This document shows, piece by piece, positions 10,430-21,129 of a stretch of 64,000 bases of DNA (positions are counted from its first letter, which is position 1; the number at the start of each line of letters is the position of its first letter). This DNA is from Candidatus Bathyarchaeota archaeon (GTDB taxonomy: Archaea; Thermoproteota; Bathyarchaeia; Bathyarchaeales; Bathycorpusculaceae). A program made the position numbers and the translations under genes. Below the pieces are notes generated by a model. The model was not told the origin of the DNA and made no database searches. It saw nothing but the letters and a program-made list of their open reading frames with translations. Location of the stretch: NCBI GenBank assembly GCA_963775685.1, contig CAVZJV010000014.1, positions 768,001 through 832,000 of the forward strand, written 5' to 3'.

Positions 10430-11689
10430 TTATGTCTTTTTAAGTCTGTACCTCAAAATAGCGGCAAATCCGCTCAATGCGGTTAGCTTTTCTTTCTCCT
10501 CCGATGCGGTAGATATCACCTCGACTCTCGCGTTGGACTGCGAAGCTAAATCCTCCAAGACATCCACTATATCTTTCTCATCAACTGTGTATTCTACTGC
10601 GCCACACCTCTCGCATGGGCGCGATATCATTTCGCGTATGGCTTGAATCTTGAGGTTTTTGTGTACTACTTTTGCCGCTGATAGCTCACACTTATTGCAT
10701 ATTACGACAATTTCGACGATGTCAGAATTATCCGTAACAAGTGCAACTTCTACTTCGCCTATCTTGAGTGCGTTTAAAACAGGATCTAAGCCATAAATAG
10801 CCAAGCTGTCTTGCTTGCCCACATATGTCAGAAGACGCTGTACAATCATCTTTTCTTCTGGGGCACACATATTCTTCAAAGTCTCAGATGATTTTTCAAG
10901 CACCTCCCGCACCCCTTCTCTGTCGGCGGATTGCGTGTCAATAGTGCTGACAAGTGCATTCTTTAATTCATAATGAAGATAATTACCGTTTAAGAAGTCG
11001 TCTTTTGTTAGACCCGGCCCACCAACAATCAAAACTGTGACTTTATGGTTCTCAAGAAACGCTTTCGCAGCATGCTCGGCAACTCTGTGGAAATAATTTG
11101 TAAGAGCCATGTCGCGTTCTCTTTCGTACCTTCTTTGGCTCGACCCGCCCTTTCCAGACTTTCCATGAATCCCTGAAGTGATATTTTCGATAATTTCAAG
11201 ATGTTCACCATTGAGGACTCCAAAGCTTGCCTCCTTTGAATCCATAGCAATAAGCCCAACAACTTTTTGGTTTCTCAGCATTTCTCTCAAAGGCTCTAGC
11301 CGGAAATGATTGTCAACTTCGTAGAGATATGTGATAATGGGTTCTGGTGGAACGAGCTCTTCAACATTCAAAATTTTGCTTTCCGAACCTTTGAAGGCGA
11401 AAGCCCCGGCAAATATTGCCAACCCATTCTCAGAAATTTGGGTCTGCAGCTTTAGTCGCTGGATTATATTCTTGAGTGCGTCTTGAAGATGATCTCTAAT
11501 ATTCCTTGCTTTCTCATATTTCGTGGATACTGATTCATATTCATTCTTAAGGTTTGCAACTATTTCGTCTGTAGATGAGCAACCAGGAATGTAAAGCGAG
11601 ATGAACTCCATATCCTTGTCCTCTTTTTCAGATAACCATGCTATGAGCTTCCTTAGTTTGTGCTGTTTCACTGAGTTTGTAGTTGCCAT
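10430..11689 (-). CDS. aRF1/eRF1-family paralog with altered motifs (GGSSQ, no NIKS)
   Basis: Three-domain aRF1 layout (ISLYIP, PPEPI, GGPG, YGLDPV, CxxC..CxxC minidomain, GFAAILRY); start set at ATG 11689 (MATTNS). Confidence 0.85.
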   Translation of the reverse strand: MATTNSVKQHKLRKLIAWLSEKEDKDMEFISLYIPGCSSTDEIVANLKNEYESVSTKYEKARNIRDHLQDALKNIIQRLKLQTQISENGLAIFAGAFAFKGSESKILNVEELVPPEPIITYLYEVDNHFRLEPLREMLRNQKVVGLIAMDSKEASFGVLNGEHLEIIENITSGIHGKSGKGGSSQRRYERERDMALTNYFHRVAEHAAKAFLENHKVTVLIVGGPGLTKDDFLNGNYLHYELKNALVSTIDTQSADREGVREVLEKSSETLKNMCAPEEKMIVQRLLTYVGKQDSLAIYGLDPVLNALKIGEVEVALVTDNSDIVEIVVICNKCELSAAKVVHKNLKIQAIREMISRPCERCGAVEYTVDEKDIVDVLEDLASQSNARVEVISTASEEKEKLTALSGFAAILRYRLKKT

Positions 11690-11761
11690 CTGGCATCCAT
11701 GAAAATGTGATATTTTTTCAGAAACCAAATCTAACACCTTAACGTTCAGTTACGGGGAATA

Positions 11762-12674
11762 CTAATTTATAGAGTTTCTCAATAGAGGTAATTGTTTCGC
11801 AAGATGAAATGTTTTGATTAAAAAGACAAAGATCATGTGCACAATGGGTCCAGCCGATTCTTCACCGGTACGTGGGAAGAGTTTTCTTGAGTAATCTTTG
11901 TGGGATTCGGTAACGCGGTTGTGTATTTGCTCTAGGTTTAACACTAAAAGTGTCATGTTGAATTTGTCTTGTCCACAATATTTCTTGAGGGCGCTCGTTT
12001 TCCAGTGTTTCTGACAGGAGGTAATAGAAGAATTTGTCAAAAGCAGCTGCAACCGGCGTGTGGGTTGTGAAGACACATACGTTTTTTACTTTATTCTCGT
12101 CTAAATTGTTTCTCTTCAAGAGTCAAGAGTAAGTAGACTTGAATGTCCTTCGTTTCATGTGGTATTTCTTGACATTAATGTTTAATGCTTCAAGAATGCG
12201 TAATCCGCCTAACCCAAAACTATCTCCTGCATTAAACAGCATTTTTTGCCGTCGCCATAGAGCAAATCAATAATTTGCCTGTCCTCTTGAGTGTTACCTT
12301 CAACATCTTTAGTAAGGAACAGAACCGGTATGGTTCCGCCAATAAGACTCTCCTGTTCATAAACCCAAACACCAACCTTAACATGCCGTCCCGAAATCTT
12401 CAAAGTTGAAGTCACGGTCAATAGCTTCACAAACTTTGAGGGACTCCCTTCCTCAGCGAGTTCGATTTGTCAGCCGTCAAGAGTTAATTTTTGTTTCAAG
12501 TAACCTTTTTGGTGATTAAAATTACCGCGACCACAGGTAACCTCAAATCTGCACTTGACCTGATTATATCGCCTGCCATAACCACCAGTCCTCCACTGTA
12601 ACTATGGATATCTGGCGACTACCGATTTCCATAGAGAAATAAACAATTTTGGACCCTTCAACAAAACTGGTCAT
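11762..12674 (-). pseudogene. glgP: Alpha-glucan (glycogen) phosphorylase, N-terminal remnant with frameshifts and stops
   Basis: Fragments [55 protein letters not shown](A)FDKF in different frames. Confidence 0.85.
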
Positions 12675-13031
12675 ATAATATTCGCTGTCAAAATAGTATT
12701 ATCGCCCTAAAAATTCATATTTATGCTTTGTTTTCTGTGGATCTAAGGCATACCGCAAACTGGGTCCTTGGTAGACATGAAATCAGAACCCTCGTTTTTA
12801 AAGAATGTGACTTCGCCTGTAATTAGATTACTAGCTAAAATCTCTTAAGAATCAATACAACCGTTTGTAAAGATGGGTGCTTCAAAATAGTTTAATACTC
12901 CTCAAGCATAAATTATTTAGATACACGTCAAAGTCCCAATTTTGAGCGAGTTATTTTGGGGGCGGCGCTTTGACTAAGATGCTTAACTTGATTTAGTTAG
13001 GAGACAAACGCTTATAGGCGGTTTAGATATC

Positions 13032-13523
13032 ATGGTTGAAAAAAATACCGAGCAATTAGATTTGTCAGATGTTGTTGCTTGCGTTAAAGAACATTTGGAA
13101 AGAGCAGGATATAATGTTACAACCATTAATCATTACGGAATTGGCGTCAGTATAACTGGTATAAAAGATAAAGAAATCTTTATTGTTGAGGCAGTGGGGG
13201 AAAGTGAACAAGATTCTAACAACACAAGCGAAAAACAGATTCTATCTGCAATTGGTGAGGTAGTGCGAAGGATGAAACGCCGCGAAATGTGGACTTTTTA
13301 TGGAATAGCAATACCTAAGGGCTACTTGAAAATTTTGAAGGACTTTGAGGTGGGCGGGATTAAGTTATTGGATTTTCATTTTTTCATAGTCGAGACTTTA
13401 TGGTCTCTGTATCATCTTGATTTAAAAGCAACAGTTGAGCTAATCCAAAATCTTAAAGCAGGCAAACCTGAAGCGCTAATAGATTTAGATATTGATTTTA
13501 AGAATTTTGATTACATGATTTAG
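13032..13523 (+). CDS. Hypothetical protein, degenerate PD-(D/E)XK-like fold
   Basis: HLERAGYNV..GVSITGIK..FIVEAVG resembles a restriction-endonuclease-like core with catalytic D and K replaced. Confidence 0.5.
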   Translation: MVEKNTEQLDLSDVVACVKEHLERAGYNVTTINHYGIGVSITGIKDKEIFIVEAVGESEQDSNNTSEKQILSAIGEVVRRMKRREMWTFYGIAIPKGYLKILKDFEVGGIKLLDFHFFIVETLWSLYHLDLKATVELIQNLKAGKPEALIDLDIDFKNFDYMI

Positions 13524-13569
13524 GGTTAAAATCCTTGTCGGCAGTTCGTTATTTTAGAAAACTTAAAAA

Positions 13570-16152
13570 GTGATCATCACCTTTAAAGATTTAGTTAAGG
13601 TGTTTTTTTTCTTGGCTTCTAAGAAAACAGAAACTCTTAGCAGAGATACCCCCTTTGAAATCTATGTTAAGATGGGTCTCTCTTCAGAAGAAGTTGCAAG
13701 AAAAATTGAAAAATATGGATTAAATGAATTCCCCGAAAAGAAAGTTAATTCCTTCCGAAAATTTTTGGGATATTTCTGGGGACCCATACCCTGGATGATT
13801 GAAATTGCTTCAATATTATCTGTAATCATACAGCACTATGACGATTTTGCTATTATTTTCACCTTGTTAATCGTGAATGCTGTTGTGGGGTTTTGGCAGG
13901 AACGCAAAGCAGACAACGCAATAGAACTGCTAAAGAAAAGACTATCTCCAAAAGCCCGGGTGTTGCGAGATGGCATCTGGCATGAGATACCGTCAAAGGA
14001 ACTTGTTCCGGGAGACATCGTACGTGTACGTTTAGGCGACATTGTTCCTGCCGATGTAAAACTTATGAAAGGCCCCTATTTGCTTGCCGATGAATCCGCA
14101 TTAACGGGTGAATCTTTACCTGTAGAAAAACACGTTTCTGACATAGCTTATGCAGGAGCCATCATTAGACAGGGCGAAATGGATGCTTATGTCGTGGCGA
14201 CTGGAATAAGCAGCTTTTTTGGCAAGACGGCCAAGTTAGTAGCTGAAGCTAGATCTGTAAGCCACTTTCAAAGAGCAGTTATAAGAATAGGCAACTACTT
14301 GATTATTCTTGCAGCAATCATGGTTTCTGCTGTTGTAATTGCTGCTCTCGCTCGACAGGCCAATCCTTTGGAAATTCTACAGTTCGCGTTAGTTTTGGTT
14401 GTAGCTTCGATACCTGTAGCGTTACCTGCTGTTTTGACTGTAACAATGGCAATTGGAGCAATTGCTCTTGCCAAAAAAGAAGCCATAGTCAGCAAATTAG
14501 TGGCGATTGAAGAAATGGCTGGTGTTGATGTACTATGTTCCGACAAAACAGGCACAATAACAAAAAATGAACTAACTATAGCGGAAGCGCAAGCCTTAGG
14601 AAAATTCGAAATCGACGACGCTCTTTTATATGGAACATTAGCTTCAAGGGTAGAAAATCATGATCCTATCGATGATGCAGTGATTTCAAAAGCCAAGTCA
14701 ATCCATGTTGTTGCTGATGTTCTTGGTCGATACAATGTAGTTGATTTTAAGCCTTTTGATCCGGTTTCTAAGATGACGGAAGCCACCGTGGAGAATCGAG
14801 ACGGCGGAAGTTTCAGAGTTGCAAAGGGTGCGCCACAGGTGGTTTTGTCGCTTGTTTCAAACAGAGCAGAAATTGAAAATAGAGTTGACGAAATTGTAAA
14901 CACCTATGCACGAAAAGGTCACCGGTCATTGGGTATAATTAAGGAAGATGAAAAGGGCAATTGGGAGTACGTTGGTCTTCTTGCAATTTATGATCCGCCA
15001 AGAGAAGACTCTGCAGAAACGATAAAAACAGCTCAAAAAATGGGTTTGCAGGTTAAAATGGTCACAGGCGACCACATTGCTATTGCTAAACAGATTGCTC
15101 AAGAAGTTAATCTAGGCACAAATATAGTGTCAGCGTCTTCTTTTGTAGATAAACCTGACAGTGAATCAAAGCGAATAATTGAAGCCGCTGATGGTTTTGC
15201 ACAAGTTTTTCCTGAACACAAATACCGCATTGTCGAGTTGCTTCAAGATAAAGGACATATTGTTGGCATGACTGGAGACGGCGTGAATGACGCACCTGCA
15301 TTAAAGAAAGCAAATGCCGGCGTGGCAGTTGCCGGAGCTACCGACGCTGCAAAATCAGCAGCAGATGTGGTGTTAACAAAACCAGGACTTTCTGTTATCA
15401 TTGATGCAATAAAGGAAAGTCGCAAGATTTTTGAACGCATGACCAACTATGCTGTTTACCGAATTGCCGAAACAACTAGAGTGTTAATTTTCTTGTCTTT
15501 TTCAATTCTTGCCTTCAACTTCTATCCATTGACGGCTGTCATGATAGTGATCTTAGCCTTGCTTAACGATATGCCCATAATGACAATTGCTTATGATAAA
15601 GTTAGGGTGCAAGAGAAGCCCGTCCGTTGGAACATGCGTGGAGTATTGATTGTGGCGTCTCTTCTTGGAGCCACAGGCGTTGTTTCAAGCTTTGGGCTCT
15701 TTTTAATTGGATTAAACGTGTTCCACTTGAGTTTAAGCAGTCTTCAAACGTTGATTTTCTTGAAGATGGCTGTCGCTGGGCATCTGACTATTTATCTTGC
15801 GCGCACTGGAGTGAACCATTTCTGGAAACGCCCACTTCCAGCATACATTCTTTTCTTAACTACAGAGGTGACTCAAGTTATTGGGACGCTGTTCGCTGTT
15901 TACGGTGTGTTTATGACTCCGATTGGTTGGGGATTCGCTGCCTTCGTTTGGGGATATGCGTTACTCAGCTTCTTAATTACCGACCAGCTAAAGATTCACT
16001 TCTTCAGATTGATGAGGCACGAAGAAGCGCAATCCAGCAGACAAAACTATAGCGGGTCTTCCGCTTTTCCTCGTATCCGACAGCTCTTATCTAAAATAAT
16101 TCAGCCTAAAATAGGAAGAGTCAAAATTTTATCCTCTAAAAAAGAAAAATAA
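13570..16152 (+). CDS. Plasma-membrane proton-efflux P-type ATPase (P3A)
   Basis: FWGPIPWMIE, DESALTGES, SIPVALPAV, CSDKTGT, KGAPQ, MTGDGVNDAP, LLNDMPIMTIAYD; true start may be TTG 13612. Confidence 0.95.
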   Translation: MIITFKDLVKVFFFLASKKTETLSRDTPFEIYVKMGLSSEEVARKIEKYGLNEFPEKKVNSFRKFLGYFWGPIPWMIEIASILSVIIQHYDDFAIIFTLLIVNAVVGFWQERKADNAIELLKKRLSPKARVLRDGIWHEIPSKELVPGDIVRVRLGDIVPADVKLMKGPYLLADESALTGESLPVEKHVSDIAYAGAIIRQGEMDAYVVATGISSFFGKTAKLVAEARSVSHFQRAVIRIGNYLIILAAIMVSAVVIAALARQANPLEILQFALVLVVASIPVALPAVLTVTMAIGAIALAKKEAIVSKLVAIEEMAGVDVLCSDKTGTITKNELTIAEAQALGKFEIDDALLYGTLASRVENHDPIDDAVISKAKSIHVVADVLGRYNVVDFKPFDPVSKMTEATVENRDGGSFRVAKGAPQVVLSLVSNRAEIENRVDEIVNTYARKGHRSLGIIKEDEKGNWEYVGLLAIYDPPREDSAETIKTAQKMGLQVKMVTGDHIAIAKQIAQEVNLGTNIVSASSFVDKPDSESKRIIEAADGFAQVFPEHKYRIVELLQDKGHIVGMTGDGVNDAPALKKANAGVAVAGATDAAKSAADVVLTKPGLSVIIDAIKESRKIFERMTNYAVYRIAETTRVLIFLSFSILAFNFYPLTAVMIVILALLNDMPIMTIAYDKVRVQEKPVRWNMRGVLIVASLLGATGVVSSFGLFLIGLNVFHLSLSSLQTLIFLKMAVAGHLTIYLARTGVNHFWKRPLPAYILFLTTEVTQVIGTLFAVYGVFMTPIGWGFAAFVWGYALLSFLITDQLKIHFFRLMRHEEAQSSRQNYSGSSAFPRIRQLLSKIIQPKIGRVKILSSKKEK

Positions 16153-16176
16153 GAATTCAATTTTGGTCAGGACTTG

Positions 16177-17964
16177 TCATACGCTTCCTGAGAGTTTAAT
16201 CTCTTCAAGTTTTGACATTATCTCAATGTTATAGACCCGCCAGATATCTTCCCGAGTAATTATACCTATCAGTTTAGTGTCATCCTTTTGGTCAACAACA
16301 GGCAGACGCCCAACCTGGTTATTTGTCATCTTGCCAAAGGCGACATAAAGATTTTCATCTAAAATCGTTGTGACCAAGTCTTTGGTCATTACGGTGTTCA
16401 CTTTCGTGATTGTTCTTTTGTCTGGATGAAGTTTGAGAACATCAGTAAGAGTTATCATACCCTCGAGTCTGCCTTGATTATCTGAGACAGGTACCCCTTT
16501 TATTCCATTCCTTGATAACATATCGGCAACCTCTGAAACCGGTGAGTTGGGGGAAATCGTGAGGACTTTTTTGGTCATTGCATCTTTGACCAAAAGCCGT
16601 TGCATCATAGAAATCGAGTATTCACTTCTGTGAGCAGGAGACTCAACTCTTGATGGAACTTGGCTTTTATAAATTGTATTCTTTCCTGTAACTACGTACG
16701 CAATTACGGTTGCTATCATTGAAGGAACCAGTAAAGTGAGGCCGCCTGTCATTTCGCTAACCATAAGTATGACTGCAACAGGCACTTTGCCTACGCCTCC
16801 AAAAAACGCCATCATCCCAACTATTGTGAATGCAGCAATGACTGGACTGAAGTTTGGAAAAATGAAATTTAACAGTAACCAGAGTGCTACGCCAAGAAAG
16901 CCGCCTACGAATAGAGCGGGTGCAAAAACGCCTCCGCTTCCTCCTGAACCTACCGTTAGGGATGTTGCGACTATTTTGGCTGCAATTATGACTGGAACGA
17001 GAATGACTGGGAGTAAAATAAAGTTGCTGCTCATGGCCATCTGGAGCCAACCATATCCCATGCCGAGCACTTGCGGCAGAAACATTCCGATGATGCCTAC
17101 TAGTAGTCCGCCTAGGGCAGGCTTTAGGAATCGGGGCATTTTAAGACTTTGAAAGAAAGCCTTTGTACCGTAGAATCCCTTGACGTAAATTATGCCTACT
17201 AAACCGCAAAGTATGCCTAGAACAGCATAGAAGGGTAGGTCAAGTGGGTCGCTGAACGCAGCTTGGTTCATGTAGCCGAATATGGGCGTCCATCCCGTAA
17301 ACGATGCAAATATACTGTAGCCTACAGTCGAAGCAATAAAAGCGGGCAACAATGTTTCTACTTCGAAATCGCCCATGTAAAGAATTTCTGCGGCCAATAT
17401 TGCACCGCCAAATGGCGCTTTGAAAATGGCGCCTATGCCTGAACCTATGCCGACTGCGACTGCTATTCTTCTGTCTTTTAAGCTGAGGTGGAGTTTTTTG
17501 CCTAAAAAAGAGCCGAATCCGGCGCCTATCTGTGCTGTAGGGCCTTCTCTGCCGGCGCTTCCTCCGGAGCCTATTGTAATAGCTGAAGCTATCAGCTTTA
17601 CTATGGGGATTCTGGATCGGATTTCGCCTTTTTTGTTGTGGAATGCGTCGATAGCTGCGTCGGTTCCGTGACCTTCAGCTTCAGGTGCTAAGCCATAGAC
17701 GATAAGACCGCTTAGAAGCCCCCCAATGGTTGTAATTACTGGTATTAGGTAGATGTGGGATGAGAGTATTCCTAAGCTTCCGCCTTCTCCTGCTGGTGAT
17801 GGAGGAAAAAAACCTCCGAAGTCACCGAGCAGATAGGTGCTAGAAAGGCTGATAGCTTCGTAGAAAAGCAGACTCCCCACGCCGCTTATTGTCCCTATCA
17901 AAATGGCAATGGGAACCCATTTTCTTAAATAACTTAGCTCGCGAGAAGCTGTGGGAGATTTCAA
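16177..17964 (-). CDS. ClC chloride channel / Cl-/H+ antiporter with CBS pair
   Basis: GHGTD, GSAGREGP (gating Glu), GGSGGVFAP; two C-terminal CBS domains. Confidence 0.95.
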   Translation of the reverse strand: MKSPTASRELSYLRKWVPIAILIGTISGVGSLLFYEAISLSSTYLLGDFGGFFPPSPAGEGGSLGILSSHIYLIPVITTIGGLLSGLIVYGLAPEAEGHGTDAAIDAFHNKKGEIRSRIPIVKLIASAITIGSGGSAGREGPTAQIGAGFGSFLGKKLHLSLKDRRIAVAVGIGSGIGAIFKAPFGGAILAAEILYMGDFEVETLLPAFIASTVGYSIFASFTGWTPIFGYMNQAAFSDPLDLPFYAVLGILCGLVGIIYVKGFYGTKAFFQSLKMPRFLKPALGGLLVGIIGMFLPQVLGMGYGWLQMAMSSNFILLPVILVPVIIAAKIVATSLTVGSGGSGGVFAPALFVGGFLGVALWLLLNFIFPNFSPVIAAFTIVGMMAFFGGVGKVPVAVILMVSEMTGGLTLLVPSMIATVIAYVVTGKNTIYKSQVPSRVESPAHRSEYSISMMQRLLVKDAMTKKVLTISPNSPVSEVADMLSRNGIKGVPVSDNQGRLEGMITLTDVLKLHPDKRTITKVNTVMTKDLVTTILDENLYVAFGKMTNNQVGRLPVVDQKDDTKLIGIITREDIWRVYNIEIMSKLEEIKLSGSV

Positions 17965-18404
17965 ATTGGCATTATCCTTCTCGGATATTCAGTGCACAAT
18001 AAAGTCTGATATAAATGGCACGCTTCTGAAACGATCAAACTGGTGCAAAAATGTGGAGGTCGCTTTTGGAATGCATGATGATGAAGAGGAGAGGATTTTG
18101 ACCTTTGTTAAGAAGTGAATCCAAGTGTTTAACCCTTGTTTGGCATAGTAACAAGCACATGAGCTATCCGGTTATTTGTTTGTTGTTTGGGAAAGTTTTT
18201 TGGCTTGAGTTGGGTGAGTAAGGTTTTTCGAATTGGTGAAAAGGGGCTTTTTGGTTTAGGTGTTCTGGTTGAGGTTTTTTGCAGGGTTTGATTGTTGCAA
18301 CCGGTATGCAAAATTCAGTTGCAACAACAACATCAACAACAACTTTTATTTTATGTTGCAGTTGATTTGGATTGATTTTTTTAATTGAGGCTGTTGCCAC
18401 GGTT

Positions 18405-18641
18405 TTAAGGATCGATGGGTGGATCTTTCTTCATTTGGCTATGAGCAGCTTTGAGCGATAATTCGAAACTGCCTCGATCAACCACAAATTTTGTTTTTCC
18501 AGTTTGCAACTTTGAGAGGTTCTCACATATCGCCTTGGAACAAACCTTTCTCATGTCTTCACCGGTTAAAGTTCTCTGGATTATTTGGGTTTGAGTAGCA
18601 GCCTTTGGAACTGCTCTACCTATTTTTGGCGACAGTAGCAT
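18405..18641 (-). pseudogene. Probable fragment of an element-borne gene at the island edge
   Basis: 78-aa ORF with no recognisable family; overlaps a weak tRNA-3'-like string at about 18462-18484. Confidence 0.25.
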
Positions 18642-18686
18642 GATCTACTAAATAGATTTTAGTACGTAAGCTAATTAAGCGAATAA

Positions 18687-19304
18687 TTGGATTATTGGTC
18701 CAGTATGAGACTACTAAATAATGCTCTTTCAGATCTCAAGGCTTATGCTAGAAGAGAGTATTCTCTGACCAATAACGTTCCAGTTCTTGTGATGCTAATA
18801 ACTGAAGAAGAACACATGAAACTGAAAAATGCCTATGATAACAAAGTTAAAACTAATACTGAAAACGAAGCCAACCTGAAAGATTTTGAAAAAGAAGAGA
18901 ATGCGACTAATCATTCAGACGAGTTTTTTTCAAACATAGCCAGTATATTTGAGCTATTGCACAACTATTCATCAGAGGTGCGGCCTATAGTCACACCAAT
19001 ATTGAAAGAAGTTTTTGATATTCCTCATTTTGGAAAGTACAAGTATGCGATTATTATTCGAGAGGAGAAACTGCTCGAATGGGGTAGCCAAATGGATATT
19101 CAGGTGGAAGGTAAACAAGCTACAGGTAAGAAAAGAAAGCTCATTATCTTTTACAGAATTCTAACACAAGAGTTTCTCCATGTGGTGGAATGCGAAAAAG
19201 GTATTCAAATATTCCGAAACACTGGGAGAACAGATTCAGAGACGGTTCAACGAGCGTTGAAAACTGTTAAGATATTTCGAGATATCGATATCTTTTCTGA
19301 TTAA
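18687..19304 (+). CDS. Hypothetical protein
   Basis: 205-aa ORF; QEFLH resembles a degenerate HExxH. Confidence 0.6.
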   Translation: MDYWSSMRLLNNALSDLKAYARREYSLTNNVPVLVMLITEEEHMKLKNAYDNKVKTNTENEANLKDFEKEENATNHSDEFFSNIASIFELLHNYSSEVRPIVTPILKEVFDIPHFGKYKYAIIIREEKLLEWGSQMDIQVEGKQATGKKRKLIIFYRILTQEFLHVVECEKGIQIFRNTGRTDSETVQRALKTVKIFRDIDIFSD

Positions 19305-19348
19305 CGGTTAGTCCATTTGAAACTCTAAAAACTCAGAAAAAAGAACAG

Positions 19349-19537
19349 TCAGGGAATTTCGGTCATATTGTCACGCAGAGCTAACCAACGTTTAAACTCT
19401 AGTCCAGTACACTTGCCCTTCCCTAGCCAATTGTCACCATACTTCTTTCTCAACTTCTCACTGTATGACTCAAAAGTCTCTGCTTCACTTGCTTCTACAC
19501 TGTCTTTTTTTTTCACTAATTTATGACTCCAAATCAA
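19349..19537 (-). CDS. Small hypothetical protein
   Basis: 62-aa ORF preceded by a GGAGG ribosome-binding-like sequence. Confidence 0.4.
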   Translation of the reverse strand: MIWSHKLVKKKDSVEASEAETFESYSEKLRKKYGDNWLGKGKCTGLEFKRWLALRDNMTEIP

Positions 19538-19909
19538 GTCTTATACATGCCTCCAATTAAAGTTAAGTCTAACTGATTACATTGAAAATCAAAAGTCGAT
19601 AACTTTCAAGCAAAATAAGATAGCATAGGCTATGTTACATTCAGATTTTCCGATAACCCAAACAAAGATTATCTGCAATTAATATGTCTCAGCTAACATG
19701 CCATGCCAAAACTTGAAAAACTTGTTATTACTTGGCTTTGTCGGTGGATTTTCTCTTAAGAATTTTTTTAATCCATTGTGTTTCTGAGGAAAAAAACTTT
19801 TTCGTGCCGGTAATTCACCTATGACCTTAGAAATTAATGGAGCACACTTTGAGTCGGCGACTAACAATGGCAAAGAACGATGACACGTCATTCAGAATAA
19901 AGATATACG

Positions 19910-20000
19910 AGAGAATAGCCAAAGCATACACTTTCATAGAAACTGGATTTGAGTACGTCACAGATTTCAATAATCGAATATCTTTAAGAAAAGAAAGCAG
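19910..20000 (+). pseudogene. Tyrosine integrase C-terminal stub
   Basis: RIAKAYTFIETGFEYVTDFNN/IFKKRK matches the end of the 55176 integrase (LIESGFEYVTEFHGAKIFKKRK). Confidence 0.8.
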
Positions 20001-20056
20001 CCAAACAAAAGAATAGGCAACAACTTTTCCACCACCGTACTTTTTTGCTTATTTTC

Positions 20057-20117
20057 GTGCATGGGCGGGATTCGAACCTTCACCGCTGGATATATCATCC
20101 GAATATCCCTATTTTTT
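20057..20117 (-). repeat. Degenerate att site: tRNA-Leu 3' fragment plus conserved arm
   Basis: gtgcatgggcgggattcgaacc versus tRNA gtgcagggggtgggatttgaacc, followed by a degenerate arm and T-run. Confidence 0.7.
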
Positions 20118-20128
20118 CAAAGTAATCT

Positions 20129-20944
20129 CTAATTTTCTTTGTTAGATTTTCCTGAGGTAGAGTTTGAATTTCTTCCTCGGGACTTCCAAAGGGCTTTTGA
20201 TTGCGTGAACCAGAGTGTTTCAAAGTAATCCTGGACTATCCCGACGAGTGAGGGATTGTTCGACCACAACATAGAAGATCCCGCGAAATCTCCAGTTGGT
20301 GAAGTTACAATATTAACCTCTCTTTTATCATAAATTACTATCATAGCTGAAGGGATAGACGGGATATACCTGATGTTACAAGACGAGGTCTTGCAGACAT
20401 CCTCCAAAACTTTTGGCTGAGGCGTTTTTTGGTCAAATTCATCCAAAACGAATCGAACCTTTACTCCTCTATTTAATCCTTCAAAAATATCTCCACTTAC
20501 AGCAAACATCATTTGAAGAAATCTCTTGTGCGAAGTGACGCAATCTATGAAGTTTTGAGTAGCCTTAATGGTTTGTTTCCCCTTCTGGAGGCATGCTCTT
20601 CCTTTAGGAATCAAAACGAACTGCGTTTCATTAACGGATACTCCGTTTTTTTTCGCCTCGAACATATGGATTAAGCTTTGTGTTTGTATCTGCAATTCAC
20701 GGCTCTTCTCGAATCTAGCTTCCATCATGACATTGAGGGCTTCTTCCAAAGGGATAGATCGATACAAAATGGGGTTGGTTATAGATTTTTCAACAAAGCC
20801 CCTTTCTTCCAGCTCAGTTAAAATTCGGTAAATGTCTTGTCGGGCTACTTTGGATTCTTTTGAGATTACTTTTGCATTTGAGATTCCTAATTGACACAGC
20901 GCACTGTAAGTTCTGGCTTGGGTGACTGTAAACCCTAAGTCCAT
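20129..20944 (-). CDS. TrmB-family transcriptional regulator
   Basis: LGFTVTQARTY..SKVARQDIYRILTELEERGFV HTH; C-terminal MIVIYDKREV...LWSNNPSLVGIVQDYFETLW. Confidence 0.88.
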   Translation of the reverse strand: MDLGFTVTQARTYSALCQLGISNAKVISKESKVARQDIYRILTELEERGFVEKSITNPILYRSIPLEEALNVMMEARFEKSRELQIQTQSLIHMFEAKKNGVSVNETQFVLIPKGRACLQKGKQTIKATQNFIDCVTSHKRFLQMMFAVSGDIFEGLNRGVKVRFVLDEFDQKTPQPKVLEDVCKTSSCNIRYIPSIPSAMIVIYDKREVNIVTSPTGDFAGSSMLWSNNPSLVGIVQDYFETLWFTQSKALWKSRGRNSNSTSGKSNKEN

Positions 20945-21129
20945 TAGTACTATGGTTAATTCGTTTTTGACCCGGAATGTTGACGCCGTTGGAGGTCACA
21001 TTAGAATTTAATGTGTAATCTGCAGATAAATTTTTTGTTTTGTCAGTCGAGGTGCTTCCGACTGAGGCTTATTAGCTTTGCAATATAAACAAGCGATTGC
21101 GAAAATAAAAAATAGGAGAAGAAAAATAC

